DNA of 64,000 nucleotides, taken from contig NC_134025.1 in NCBI RefSeq assembly GCF_964204645.1, positions 28,500,299 to 28,564,298 of the forward strand. The letters run 5' to 3'. Of this stretch, positions 63,701 to 64,000 are shown in pieces. Below the pieces are notes generated by a model that ran no database searches, was not told the DNA's origin, and worked only from the letters and a program-made list of their open reading frames with translations. The translations under genes were made by a program, and so were the position numbers. Origin of the DNA: Tubulanus polymorphus. Lineage: Eukaryota; Animalia; Nemertea. How positions within the stretch are numbered: the first letter of the stretch is position 1; each line of letters begins with the position of its first letter.

Positions 63701-64000
63701 TGAGTTCAGGAGTCTTCTCCTTCCTTCTTCAACTGTCATGTAGAAACGTGACAAACGAACTGAATTGTCAGTGTGTTACAACACTGATGACCTCCTTTAA
63801 TACTGCTGCTTGCTGCTGGGTGTTAATTCTTACCTCCATCCCTGAACTTCTTGAATTATTACATTAGCAATATTACAATAAAAATTATTACATTAAACAT
63901 TATAATATCATGAATCATCCTCCTTAAATATTGCTGCTTGCTGCTGGCTCTGTTTTGGGGTGATATTGAGTTCAGGAGTCTCCTCCTTCCTTCTTCAACT
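60726..64000 (+). repeat. 153-bp satellite with higher-order repeat structure, runs off window end
   Basis: Period 153 (61170/61323); variant trimers of 459 bp; AT-rich spacer (attcttacctccatccctgaac...atcctcctta) recurs at ~60885, 62070, 63100, 63826; near-identical 1031-bp blocks (61173 vs 62204). Confidence 0.95.

Noticed and set aside
61173-63867. Repeated 145/159-aa Cys-rich ORFs
   Set aside because: Unit length 153 is divisible by 3 so frames stay open by chance; GTG starts, recurrent stops, no splice or promoter evidence.

Overview
Eukaryotic (invertebrate metazoan, probably lophotrochozoan; inferred from AT-richness, short GT-AG introns and repeat types) genomic DNA, not prokaryotic. 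The first ~36 kb is gene-dense: the 3' part of a CIN85/CD2AP (SH3KBP1-like) gene preceded by an unexplained 4.3-kb single-exon ORF, then HSD11B1L-like SDR (-), MRPL21 (+), mitochondrial glutamate carrier SLC25A22/18 (+), V-ATPase subunit E (-), BCL2L13/Bcl-rambo-like (+), ACAD8 (+) and CUEDC2 (-), with several palindromic MITE-like elements. From ~37 kb the window becomes gene-poor: a probable orphan gene with two coding exons (38700-38790 + 45226-45974) behind a textbook CRE-TATA-Inr promoter, a 5'-truncated L2-like LINE inside a minisatellite, Helentron-associated and Harbinger-like fragments, and from ~46.4 kb a series of tandem repeats (32, 37, 24, ~158, 38, 94 and 153 bp units, the last with higher-order structure). 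Most interesting: (1) the giant exon looks like an alternative terminal exon of the CIN85-like gene encoding an AKAP5/AKAP12-style scaffold; (2) SLC25A18/22-ATP6V1E1-BCL2L13 has the same order and orientation as human 22q11; (3) the orphan gene; (4) two satellite families derived from one duplicated module. All homology calls come from recalled sequences, not database searches; exon boundaries were read by eye.
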